DNA of 64,000 nucleotides from an uncultured Actinomycetota bacterium (GTDB taxonomy: Bacteria > Actinomycetota > Actinomycetes > Streptosporangiales > Streptosporangiaceae): positions 52,946 to 116,945 of the forward strand of contig CAWJPF010000020.1 in the NCBI GenBank assembly GCA_963844625.1. The letters are read 5' to 3'. The notes beneath the pieces are model-generated. The model saw nothing but the letters and a program-made list of their open reading frames with translations. It had not been told where the DNA came from and did not search any database. Position 1 is the first letter of the stretch. Every line of letters starts with the position of its first letter. Below are positions 8,116 through 17,008 of the stretch, in pieces. Position numbers and translations under genes: made by a program.

Positions 8116-8760
8116 ATGTCACTTGTTCGCGTTCACAACATTTCCGTCTCGCTCGATGGCTTCAGCACCGGTGCTGACCAGAGCCAGGAGGCACCCTTCG
8201 GGCATGCCGGCGACCGGCTGGTGCGATGGTTCATGGACACCCGTTCATTTCACGTCATGCAGGGCCAGCAAAGCGGGAGCACCGGCATCGACGACGCCTT
8301 CGCGAGCAACTGGGGGCCTGGCATCGGCGTGGAGATCATGGGGCGCAACAAGTTCGGCCCGCAGCGCGGACCGTGGGCCGACGAGGAATGGAAGGGCTGG
8401 TGGGGCGAGGAGCCGCCGTTCCATACCCCCGTCTTCGTGCTCACCCATCACGTCAGGCCCTCGATCGAGATGAAGGGCGGCACCACCTTCCGCTTCATCG
8501 ACGCCAGCCCGGCGCAGGCGCTTGCGGCGGCTAAGGAGGCCGCGGGTGGCCTCGACGTCCGCATCGGCGGCGGCCCGGCCACCATCCGCCAGTTCCTCGC
8601 CGCCGACCTGATCGACCACATGCACATCGCGCTCGTGCCGATCCTCCTCGGCCGCGGCGAGTCCCTCTGGGACGGCCTGGAGGGCCTGGAGGAGCGCTTC
8701 GCCATCGAGTCGGTGAGCTCCCCCTGCGGCGTCACCCACGTCACGTTCACCCGTCGTTAG
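8116..8760 (+). CDS. Dihydrofolate reductase family protein (RibD C-terminal domain type)
   Basis: 'MSLVRVHNISVSLDGFSTGADQSQEAPFGHAGDRLVRWF...GPWADEEWKGWWGEEPPFHTPVFVLTHH...IGGGPATIRQFLAADLIDHMHIALVPILLGRGESLW'. The ATG at 8116 fits the family N-terminus. Confidence 0.8.
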   Translation: MSLVRVHNISVSLDGFSTGADQSQEAPFGHAGDRLVRWFMDTRSFHVMQGQQSGSTGIDDAFASNWGPGIGVEIMGRNKFGPQRGPWADEEWKGWWGEEPPFHTPVFVLTHHVRPSIEMKGGTTFRFIDASPAQALAAAKEAAGGLDVRIGGGPATIRQFLAADLIDHMHIALVPILLGRGESLWDGLEGLEERFAIESVSSPCGVTHVTFTRR

Positions 8761-9043
8761 CCGCGCTTAGGCCTGCCTCCTCGAACAGGGGCGAGGTCTG
8801 GCGCGGCCGCGCAGCGCGGCCACCGTGGTCGCATCCAGCGCGATTGTGCCGATCCGCCGGTTATGCCGACGATGCCGTGACGGCCCTGGTCACGGGTGTG
8901 CCAGGGTCGTCACGGACGGCATAATTCGGGGGTTTCGGTTCAGAGGTTCTCGAGGAATCCCAGGAGCGGGTCCGGGGGCTGGTAGCGTTTCTGCCTGCTG
9001 CCGGGCGGGGCGGCTTTCGCGATTGCTTCCTGCTTTGCCGCAT

Positions 9044-9640
9044 GTCGGCGTAGCGCCCGGCGCGGTCCCGGCAGATAATCTCCACGCCGGGGTGGACATC
9101 GAGCCAGGAGCGGAAGGATACCGCGGACCGCTCGGGCAGCATGTCCACCGGCCGGGACGTTTCGATATCGACCAGGATGGTGCCGTAGACGTGCCCCTTG
9201 CGCAGCGCGAAGTCATCGCCCAGCACCAGCGGGGTCTGGCCGCCCAGGTCGGGGGCGGCGCGGATGAGCCGCAGCAGCGTTGACCGGCTCACCGCGCAGT
9301 CCAGCCAGCCCGACAGCCGGGCGCCGGCTCGGCCCCCCAGCGCCAGCGCGACCGCCCGCAGCACCGCCTGCAAGGTGCAGGTCCGCCGCCCGTAGCGGGT
9401 GGTCAGGCCCGGCACCTGCTCGGCGAACGTCGCCTTGCCGCACCCGAGATTGCTGCAGAAGAACCGGCGGGTGCGCAGGTCGATGAGCAGTTCCTGGCAG
9501 CCCCGGGTCCGGACACCACACCGTGGCGCCTGTCGGTGCCGTGCCGGGCGCGATGAGATTCGCCCCCCTCATCCGTCTTCACGGGGAGGGCGTCGACGAC
9601 GCAGAAGGAGTGAGCTATGTCGTGCGTCGCACCCATCGGA
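9044..9640 (-). mobile_element. ISL3-family transposase gene, N-terminal part (degenerate)
   Basis: '..[34 protein letters not shown]...[60 protein letters not shown]' ends abruptly at 9044. The zinc-finger region upstream is frameshifted or deleted. Confidence 0.7.
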
Positions 9641-9821
9641 CGAGGACGGCGGCGGTCAGGGGAGCTGAACCGTCGCGCTCATGATCGCCGCGGTGACGAT
9701 GTCCGTCCCCGGTAAATGACGTGCGGTTTCCTTGGCACCGGGACACCCAGAGGCTCCCCGAGCTGACCGGAAGCGACAACATCATCGCCGTCATACGGCG
9801 GTCCTAGAAGGAAGGGTTTTT

Positions 9822-10550
9822 ATGAAACTTCTTCTCACTTCCTCAGGCATCAGTAACCCGAGCATCCGCGACGTGCTGGTCGACCTGCTGGGCAAGCCGA
9901 TTGCCGAGTCCAGCGCCCTCTTCGTTCCCACCGCGATCTACCCCTTCCCTGGCGGTGCCGGCAAGGCATTCCAGGCGATCTCCGGAAACGCCAAGAGCCC
10001 GTTGTGCGATTTGGGCTGGAAGTCGCTGGGAGTACTGGAGCTCACCGCGCTGCCCAGCATCGATGAAGAAGTCTGGGTCGCAGCGGTCCAGGAGTCAGAC
10101 GCCCTGCTGGTCTGGGGCGGCGATCCCGTGTACCTGTCCTACTGGATGAAGCACTCGGGACTCGCAGATCTCCTGCCGTCCTTGCGGCCCGAGATGGTGT
10201 ACGTAGGGGTGAGCGCCGGGAGCATCGCGATGGCCTCCATGTTCGGTGAGGCTTATTTTGATCTGCCCAAATGCAGCGGGGAAAGGGTCTCGTCCGAAGA
10301 CATCGTGTTCGCCAGGCCCGAGGGGGAAATCACCATGACCTTGGTCATGGCTGAGGGAGCGGGACTCGTTGATTTTGCGATCATTCCGCACGTGGAATAC
10401 GACGATCACCAGGACGTGGCTAACGCAGAAAAATGGGCCGGCCGGCTACCTGTGCCGACGTACGCAATAGACGATGATACGGCCGTAAAAGTGATCGACG
10501 GCATCGTTGAGGTCGTCTCCGAAGGGCACTGGAAGCTGTTCAGCCCCTGA
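9822..10550 (+). CDS. Peptidase E-like / S51 family (class I glutamine amidotransferase-like fold)
   Basis: 'MKLLLTSSGISNPSIRDVLVDLLGKP...LLVWGGDPVYLSYWMKHSGL...VYVGVSAGSIAM'. The ATG at 9822 is preceded by GAAGGAAGG. It is visibly less GC-rich than its neighbours. Confidence 0.75.
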   Translation: MKLLLTSSGISNPSIRDVLVDLLGKPIAESSALFVPTAIYPFPGGAGKAFQAISGNAKSPLCDLGWKSLGVLELTALPSIDEEVWVAAVQESDALLVWGGDPVYLSYWMKHSGLADLLPSLRPEMVYVGVSAGSIAMASMFGEAYFDLPKCSGERVSSEDIVFARPEGEITMTLVMAEGAGLVDFAIIPHVEYDDHQDVANAEKWAGRLPVPTYAIDDDTAVKVIDGIVEVVSEGHWKLFSP

Positions 10551-10884
10551 CATAGAGGGACGCTCGGCGGATCGCCCGCATTCTATGGCCTTTCTGGCTG
10601 ACATCGGGGTCCGGAGGGCTGCGTCCTTTGCCCGCCATGAGGCTGTTCCGCGTTCGCGGCCTGAGTGCGGGCGCAAGCGCAGTCTGGGGTGCGCAGAACT
10701 GCCCTGCAGAATGCCGTGGCCAAGGAGCGTCCGGCGCGCCCGATCGGCGGCTGTACGCGTGGTGGCGCAGGGATGGGCCAATAACGGACGTGTCGCACTG
10801 CGCCGATCGTGCGTGTCAAGCGAGCCGGCTCTTGCGCGCAGCCTGCCTCACAGTGCAGCACGGTCGGCGCCCGGCTCATTTGGG

Positions 10885-11481
10885 TCACTGGCCGACGCGG
10901 CCGTCAATCCGCTCGCGGAGCAGGTCGGCGTGGCCGAGGTGGCGGGCGTACTCCTCGACCATGTGGAGTAGCACCTCGCGCAGCGCGACGGTGGTGCCAT
11001 CTTGCATCGGGCTGCGGATGGCGAGGTCGAGCGAGCCGGCGACGAACTGCTCCGCGAAGGCGACCTCCTCGCGCCAGGCCCGCCAGGCGCCGTTGACCAC
11101 CGCCGGATCAGCCACCGCCTCCGCCCAGTCAGCGTCCTCAGCATCATAAGACCAGTACAGCGGCGGCGCGTCGGCCCGGGCCATCACCCGCCGGAACCAG
11201 TTGCGCTCCACGTCGGCCATGTGGCGGACCAGGCCGAGCAGGGACATGGTGGAGGGCGGCACCGAGCGCCGGGCCAGCTGCTCCGCGTCGAGGCCGGCGC
11301 ACTTGAGTTCCAGCGCCAGCCGGTAGGCGCGCAGGTAGTCCAGCAGCGTCGCCCGCTCGCCTTCCAGTTCCGCGCCTGCCGCGAACCTCGGGTCCTGCGC
11401 CGGATCCATCCACATGTCGGACTTCGGGCCAACCGCGTTCCAGCGTTCGGGTACCACATCCTCGGTGCTCTGCTCCGTCAC
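10885..11481 (-). CDS. DinB/DUF664 family protein (mycothiol-transferase-like)
   Basis: 'ERATLLDYLRAYRLALELKCAGLDAEQLARRSVPPSTMSLLGLVRHMADVERNWF...EYARHLGHADLLRE' is the typical DUF664 pattern. Confidence 0.8.
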   Translation of the reverse strand: MTEQSTEDVVPERWNAVGPKSDMWMDPAQDPRFAAGAELEGERATLLDYLRAYRLALELKCAGLDAEQLARRSVPPSTMSLLGLVRHMADVERNWFRRVMARADAPPLYWSYDAEDADWAEAVADPAVVNGAWRAWREEVAFAEQFVAGSLDLAIRSPMQDGTTVALREVLLHMVEEYARHLGHADLLRERIDGRVGQ

Positions 11482-11736
11482 AGTGACCAGCCTGTCATCC
11501 GGCGGCCGGGGTGGCCAGCGGAATGACCCCCCAAGACGAACCCGGGTTCTGGCGCTGGCCCGCGTGCCGTGGCCGGGCAGACTGCCCGGCGAGTCCGGGC
11601 AGCTAAGTTAGCTTCCAGGCCGACGCAGCCGAGCGCCGATTCCGGGCGGCTGATACTGGCAGGATCGCGCAATGGTACTGAGCGCAGATCATCCGTTCCC
11701 GCGCCTGGCTGAATAGCTCGCGACCGGCGGCGTCGG

Positions 11737-14160
11737 CTAATGTCGCTGGTGTGCAGCGAGGCGGCGGCGCATGATCGTGGCCTGTTCGGCCACGGCGAGC
11801 CGTAGGACGTTGTCCGGCGGCTCTGCGGCATTCGCCGCCTCGATGGCTGCCTCGGAAACGAGAGTTGCCGGGAACAGCAGGCGGCTCAGCCGTGCCTTTG
11901 GCCGCTGCTTTCTGGCGGCGAGCGCGGGGAGGGCCTCGGTGAAGTAACGGTCGCCGTAGCCGGTCATCAGCTCCTCCTGCCCCGGCACCCAGATGCCGGC
12001 GGCGCAGGCCTGCGCGATCCTGGCCGGCTCGCCGGGGGAGAGGGCGACGGTCCAGGCGGCTTCCTTCGCCGCCAGGTCCGGCTGCATGGCCAGGCAGGTC
12101 GCGCGGTTCACCTCGCCGGTGACGGGGTCGAGCCGCGGCAGCGCGTCGATGTCCTGCCCGCGCGCCAGCCCGCGGGCCGCGAGGGTAAACAGGATCCGCG
12201 TCCGCAGCTCGGCGTGGAGGGCGAGCCCGTCCGGCAGGTCCTTGCCGGCCAGCCAGGCGCCGATCACGGCGAGCTGATCGTCGGCCTGCGCGCTGGCGGC
12301 GAAGCCGGTCAACAGCTTGCGCGCGTCTCCGGCCGCGGTCCGGGTCGCGGCGGCAATCTGCTCCCTCAGGCCCGCTCGCTGGCGCGGCGGGGCCCACGCG
12401 TCGGCGGCCTCGACGGCGCGGCTGAGCAGCGTCTCGACGCCCACCTCGGGCAGGCCGCCCGCCTGCAGCCGGCGGCATACCATGTCGGTGAACTGCGCGG
12501 CCGGCAGCTCGCCGCTGGTGACCAGCAGCCAGAACCCGTTCCAGCACACCGCCTCGCTGAGCGGATCGCCCACCTGACAGGCGGCCGCGGCCAGCGCCCG
12601 CGCGGACCGGACGTCGAACCCGGTCCGCGTGTAGGAGAGGTCCTGGTCGTTGAGCACCACCGCGTCCGCGGAGGTCAGCCCGGCCACCACGGTCCGCTCG
12701 CCGTCGAGCTCCGCGTGCACCAGGCTGCGACGGTGCAGCTGGCCGTCCTCGTCCAGGTCGTAGAGCCCGATGCCGATCCGCTGCCGGCGCGGTACGTCCT
12801 GGACGACGGCGCCGTCTGCGTCCAGCCGGATCGCGGTGGTGCCCTCGGCGCGCAGCCACTGCTCCGCCCAGCCGGCCAGGTCCTGCCCGCTGGCCCGGGA
12901 CCAGCATCGGACCAGGTCGTCCAGCGTCGCGCTGCCGAAGGCGAACCTGGTCAGGTAGTCGCTCAGCCCCCGCCGCAGCGCGTCGTCGCCGATCAGCGCG
13001 GCGAGGGAGCGGATGACGCTGGCGCCCTTCACGTACAAGATGCCGAACGGCTTGTCCCGGCCTCGCGTGGCCGTGCTTACCGGCGACGACACCGGCTCCC
13101 GGCTCGGCAGCTCGTCCGCCTCATAAGCCACCGGCTTGTCCGTGTAAGCGAACCCGGTCCACGACAGCGATTCGCTGACCCCGGCAACCGCGGCCAGCGC
13201 GGCGTACGACAGGTAGGTGGCGATCGCCTCGTCGAGCCACACGTCGTCCCACCACCGCGGCCCCACCAGGGCGCCGAACCACAGGTGTGCCACCTCATGC
13301 GCGCAGATCATCGCGCCGCGCTGGTCGCCAGCTCCGTCCGGCCGCCCGAGCAGCTTCTCGTTCACCACCATCAGGCCGGGGACCGACAGCGCCGTGGCGG
13401 GCAGGTCCGGTATGAACACGATGTCGTACGCGGGGTAGGGGCACGGCACGCCGAGGCTGTCGGCGTACCAGGCGATGGCATCGCGGGCATACCCGGCGAA
13501 CCGGGGCAGGGAAGCCACCGCCGCCTGGCCAAGTAGCGACTGCCGGTGCCGCACGGTCACTTCCGTCCGGCCCGCCTCGGTACGCGCTGCGGCCGGGAAC
13601 GGCCCGGCGCAGAACGTCAGGTCGTACGGCCGCATCCCGCTGACCGGAGCGAACGTGCACACATCACCCTCGCGCCGGGCGAGCCGGCCGTTCGCCACGC
13701 ACTCCCACCCGCCGGGGACGCGCACCGCGAACCGGAACGTCGCGGTCAGATCCGGCTGGTCAAAGCAGCAGAACAACTCCGGCCCGCAGTCCGGGTAGCA
13801 GAACGCCATCACATAGCTCGCGCCGTCCGCCGGATCGGTGAACCGGCTCAGCCCCCGCCCCTCCTGCGAGTACCCGGCGTCGGCCTCCACCACCAGGACC
13901 GCCTGATCACCCCCGCCGGCCCGGCTCAGCCGCAACCGGCCGTCCTCCGGCGGCGGCAGCCTCACCCCGTCGAGCGTCGCGCTGCGCACGCCCTGGGTGC
14001 GCAGCTCAGCGAACGTGCTCACGCCCGGCCGCAGCCACCGGAACCGGACCTCGGTCCTGGAAAGCACCGGCTCGGCCACCAGGTCCAGAAACACATCATA
14101 CGAATCGACATCGATAGCCCGCGCCCGCTCAATCGCCTCATCCTGGGCCAGATCCGCCAC
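11737..14160 (-). CDS. pepN: Aminopeptidase N (M1 zinc metallopeptidase)
   Basis: 807 aa with the GAMEN-like motif 'PGLMVVNE' and the zinc motif 'HEVAHLWFG...WLDEA'. Confidence 0.9.
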   Translation of the reverse strand: MADLAQDEAIERARAIDVDSYDVFLDLVAEPVLSRTEVRFRWLRPGVSTFAELRTQGVRSATLDGVRLPPPEDGRLRLSRAGGGDQAVLVVEADAGYSQEGRGLSRFTDPADGASYVMAFCYPDCGPELFCCFDQPDLTATFRFAVRVPGGWECVANGRLARREGDVCTFAPVSGMRPYDLTFCAGPFPAAARTEAGRTEVTVRHRQSLLGQAAVASLPRFAGYARDAIAWYADSLGVPCPYPAYDIVFIPDLPATALSVPGLMVVNEKLLGRPDGAGDQRGAMICAHEVAHLWFGALVGPRWWDDVWLDEAIATYLSYAALAAVAGVSESLSWTGFAYTDKPVAYEADELPSREPVSSPVSTATRGRDKPFGILYVKGASVIRSLAALIGDDALRRGLSDYLTRFAFGSATLDDLVRCWSRASGQDLAGWAEQWLRAEGTTAIRLDADGAVVQDVPRRQRIGIGLYDLDEDGQLHRRSLVHAELDGERTVVAGLTSADAVVLNDQDLSYTRTGFDVRSARALAAAACQVGDPLSEAVCWNGFWLLVTSGELPAAQFTDMVCRRLQAGGLPEVGVETLLSRAVEAADAWAPPRQRAGLREQIAAATRTAAGDARKLLTGFAASAQADDQLAVIGAWLAGKDLPDGLALHAELRTRILFTLAARGLARGQDIDALPRLDPVTGEVNRATCLAMQPDLAAKEAAWTVALSPGEPARIAQACAAGIWVPGQEELMTGYGDRYFTEALPALAARKQRPKARLSRLLFPATLVSEAAIEAANAAEPPDNVLRLAVAEQATIMRRRLAAHQRH

Positions 14161-14269
14161 CCAGCGAGCCTAACGCGGTCATCGGCCGCGGCAAGCACCA
14201 GATCATGGGACTGACTGCCAGCATCGACCCATAACATCCCACCCTGGCGCGCCCCGGAAGACGCCAGCC

Positions 14270-14637
14270 GCAGCCCGCGGCACCGCTTAGGCGGATCTCG
14301 CGCGGTGTGTGCGCGAGCTGACACTGGCGAGCCTGGCGACGATGGGGCCGCGGCGCTGGCAGGCCCAGTTGCTGCTGGCGGCCGAGGCGCTTCCCCGGTC
14401 GTGGCCGCCGCCATCGGCGGCGTCGCGTGTGCCTGGCTGCTCGCGCCGCTGGTCGGGCCGTCGCTGGACCTGGCGGCGTTCAGCGGGACCGGGTCGGCCA
14501 TCGTGGTGACTCCCGCCGCATTCCCGCTGGTCGCTTCCGCGGCCGGGCTGGTGCTGGCCGCGCTGCTCGTCCTGGCCGTTCAGGCCGTGATCACCTACTA
14601 CCGCGGCAGCGCTAGGGCGCTGCGGATCGCTGATTAA
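14270..14637 (+). pseudogene. FtsX/MacB-type ABC permease, C-terminal fragment only
   Basis: Only the last TM segments remain ('..VVAAAIGGVACAWLLAPLVG...LVLAALLVLAVQAVITYYRGSARALRIAD*'). An upstream piece lies in another frame ('RELTLASLATMG.RRWQAQLLLAAEALP'). There is no N-terminal domain. Confidence 0.5.
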
Positions 14638-14652
14638 AGGAGGCCCAGGCCC

Positions 14653-15584
14653 ATGACCGAGCCAGCCGCGCATATCCCGCATGACCAGGCCCCCACCGGT
14701 GCGGACGGGATGATCGTCTGTGACCGGCTGGTCCGGATCTATTCCGGCGAGGGCATCGAGGTACAGGCTCTGCAAGGTCTAGATCTGCTGATCGCCGAGG
14801 GGGAGCTGACCGCGCTGATCGGCGCGGCGGCAGCGGCAAGTCCACGCTGGTCAACATCCTCGCCGGGCTGGACACACCGACGGCGGGGACGGCGTGGGTG
14901 GCTGGCCGCAACCTGGGCGCGATGACCGCCCAGCAGCGGCTGGCCTACCGGCGGAGCGTCGTCGGCTTCATCTGGCAGCAGACGTCGCGGAACCTGCTGC
15001 CCTACATGACCGCCCGGCAGAACGTGCTGCTGCCGATGCGGCTGGGCTCGGTCCGCTGCCGGGAGCGGCGGCGGCGCGCCAATTTCCTGCTCGACACCGT
15101 CGGCATCACGCACTGCGCCGACCGGACTCCGGACCGCATGTCCGGCGGTGAGCAGCAGCGCGCCGCCATCGCCACGGCGCTGGCCAACCAGCCGAAGCCG
15201 CTACTGGCCGACGAGCCCACCGGCGAGCTGGACTCCTCGACCGCCCAGGACGTGTTCGCCGCCCTGCGGACCGCCAATACCGAACTCGGAGTCACGATGC
15301 TGGTAGTCACCCACGACCCGGCCGTGTCGTCGCAGGTTCGCCGGACGATCGCGATGAGGGACGGCAAGACGAGCAGCGAGACGATACGGCACGCAGCCAC
15401 CGACGAGCACGGCCAGACCACACTGCACGCACGCGAGTACGCGACGCTGAACCGGGCGGGCCGGGTTCAGCTCCCGCGCGAGATGACCAGGCGCCTCGAC
15501 CTGCGGAACCGGGTCGAATTGCAGGAGGAGCCCGACCACATCGGCGTCTGGCCGGACCAGGCCACCGATCAGGAACGGCAGTAA
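14653..15584 (+). pseudogene. MacB/LolD-type ABC ATP-binding protein with a frameshift inside the Walker A codons
   Basis: Frame 1 reads '..GELTALIGAAAAASPRW'. The adjacent frame reads 'GGSGKSTLVNILAGLDTPTAG..' and continues into ORF 14898..15584 ('LSGGEQQRAAIATALANQPKPLLADEPTGELD'). The shift lies near 14815..14830. Confidence 0.6.
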
Positions 15585-15958
15585 CTGCCGCACACTACAC
15601 AGCTCCCTACGGCGACCTACACTGAGCTGGCCGCATCGGGACCGGGTGGAAGTATACCCGTGGACGCATGTCACCGGCAGCGCGGACGGGCTGGTCTCGG
15701 GCAGCGCGGTATCAGGTCGCGGTGCTGTGGCGCCGGCACCCCAGGCCGAACCGCACTGGGCGGACCGGGCCGTGCTGGCTGGGCTTATGAATTGCGTTTA
15801 CGCCTGGGGCGCGGTGGTGCGGATCACTGCGCCAATTGTCCCGGCGGCAGCATGCAGTACAGGGGCTTGTTGGAACACGCCCGGCACCCTACTGTGAGGC
15901 CCACGGGTTCTATCAGCCGCCGGTGCGCTGCTGGCCGCCGGTACAGGGAGGGACACAC

Positions 15959-16181
15959 GGTGTCTGAGCACGTAGCGAACGACCTTGACAAGCTCAAGGG
16001 GATCGGTCCCAAGTACAAGGAGATCCTCAAGGGGATTGGTGTCGACTCGATCAGGGAGTTGCGTCACCGCAACGCCGCGCACCTGAAGGAAATGATTGAG
16101 GAAAGGCACGGCGCGGTCGTGGGCCTCTCCGAGCACGAGACGCAGACCTGGATCGACGAGGCAAAGGCCTTCGAGGAATAG
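15959..16181 (+). CDS. Small helix-hairpin-helix (DUF4332-like) protein
   Basis: The GTG at 15959 is preceded by GGGAGGG. The sequence is 'VSEHVANDLDKLKGIGPKYKEILKGIGVDSIRELRHRNAAHLKEMIEE..'. The upstream part of the 173-aa ORF is Arg/Gly-rich and looks like noise. Confidence 0.55.
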
Positions 16182-16239
16182 CTCATCCTGGTACACCCAC
16201 GGCTGGAGCGCGAACCTGGCGGTGGGGCCACCGAGTCGA

Positions 16240-16274
16240 GCGGGCGTGTCTCAGTATCCATGGGATACGCCCGC
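16240..16274. terminator. Hairpin between convergent genes (possible bidirectional terminator)
   Basis: GCGGGCGT (16240..16247) pairs with ACGCCCGC (16267..16274). Inner ATCC/GGAT pairing is also possible. There is no clear U-tract. Confidence 0.35.
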
Positions 16275-16307
16275 GCCTGTGACTGCCAGGGGCTGGCTGG
16301 GCTGGTA

Positions 16308-16706
16308 TCAATCCGGCTGCGGCGTGTCGCGGATCGCGCGTTCCTGCAGATCCGGAAGGTGCCAGGCGGCGGTCGCGAAATCGCTATCGTCGTGCAGCAC
16401 GACGAGATCATGATGCGCTGCCGTGGCGCAGATCAAAAGGTCCACGGAGGTTCGCAGCGCAGCATCCGTAAGATCCGCCACAAGGCAGACGAGTCGAGCA
16501 GGTAGCGAATCACGCTGCCGGATCTTTTCCAGTCGCCCGTCCGTGCTCCCAGCCTCGAAGTCCCAGCCGGCCGCAAGCGCTGCGTAGTGCTCCAGGGCTG
16601 CAACCCGTCGGTGCCTGCCGGCGAACCCACGGCGAACCCCGCAGGGCCAGACTGGCGCGTTAGTCTGCCGGCCAGGCGCCGGTAATTTCGAGGTGACTAA
16701 GATCAC
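16308..16706 (-). CDS. PIN-domain (VapC-like) protein, possibly inactivated
   Basis: The C-terminal 'VDLLICATAAHHDLVVLHDDSDFATAA' is a classic PIN motif. The N-terminus 'VILVTSKLP' lacks the conserved Asp of 'ILVDTS'. Confidence 0.5.
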   Translation of the reverse strand: MILVTSKLPAPGRQTNAPVWPCGVRRGFAGRHRRVAALEHYAALAAGWDFEAGSTDGRLEKIRQRDSLPARLVCLVADLTDAALRTSVDLLICATAAHHDLVVLHDDSDFATAAWHLPDLQERAIRDTPQPD

Positions 16707-16923
16707 GCATAAAGTCGCGCATTAGCGCGCGGAATGCGCGGCGCTTGGAGATCGCATACCACCGGCCACCCTTGCTAACGCGCCACCAGGAGCGGCATCC
16801 GCACGCGGCGATCTCTCCTGGTTGGCCCGCTCTGAACCTGCACCGGCAGCGCATTCGCCATACGGGAGGGATCGGTTCATAGAACGGCAGGCGTTTAACA
16901 GGCTGATCGAAGAATGCACTCAT
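16660..16923 (-). CDS. Hypothetical Cys/Arg-rich small protein upstream of the PIN gene
   Basis: 87-aa ORF overlapping the PIN ORF by 47 nt. It has no recognisable antitoxin fold. Confidence 0.2.
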   Translation of the reverse strand: MSAFFDQPVKRLPFYEPIPPVWRMRCRCRFRAGQPGEIAACGCRSWWRVSKGGRWYAISKRRAFRALMRDFMRDLSHLEITGAWPAD

Positions 16924-17008
16924 CGGGAGCAGAGGTTACCCGGCACGGACGCTTGCACGCGTCGGATTGAGCCATTTCTGCGCTTACCATCAGCTCGGCT
17001 TCAGCGGC

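Noticed and set aside
7900-9043. Terminal inverted repeats or a target-site duplication for the DHFR-carrying insert.
   Set aside because: The ends share only about 8 of 11 nt in inverted orientation (TAATGGCACAG against ATGCGGCAAAG), plus a direct CTGCCTGCTGCCG-like match. No clean duplication of flanking transposase sequence is present beyond an ambiguous Asp codon. The evidence is insufficient.
11603-13536. ORFs of 434 aa (minus strand) and 440 aa (+ strand) inside or opposite pepN.
   Set aside because: They are out-of-frame or antisense readings of the aminopeptidase N gene, which carries the HEXXH-E zinc motif in its own frame.
16433-16500. An alternative frame reading 'IRYLLDSSALWRILR', which looks like a PIN N-terminus.
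   Set aside because: It is the same DNA that, in the main frame, encodes the segment leading into the conserved '..AALRTSVDLLICATAAHH' PIN motif. Accepting it would require a large internal deletion plus a frameshift. I judged it coincidental, but I cannot exclude it.
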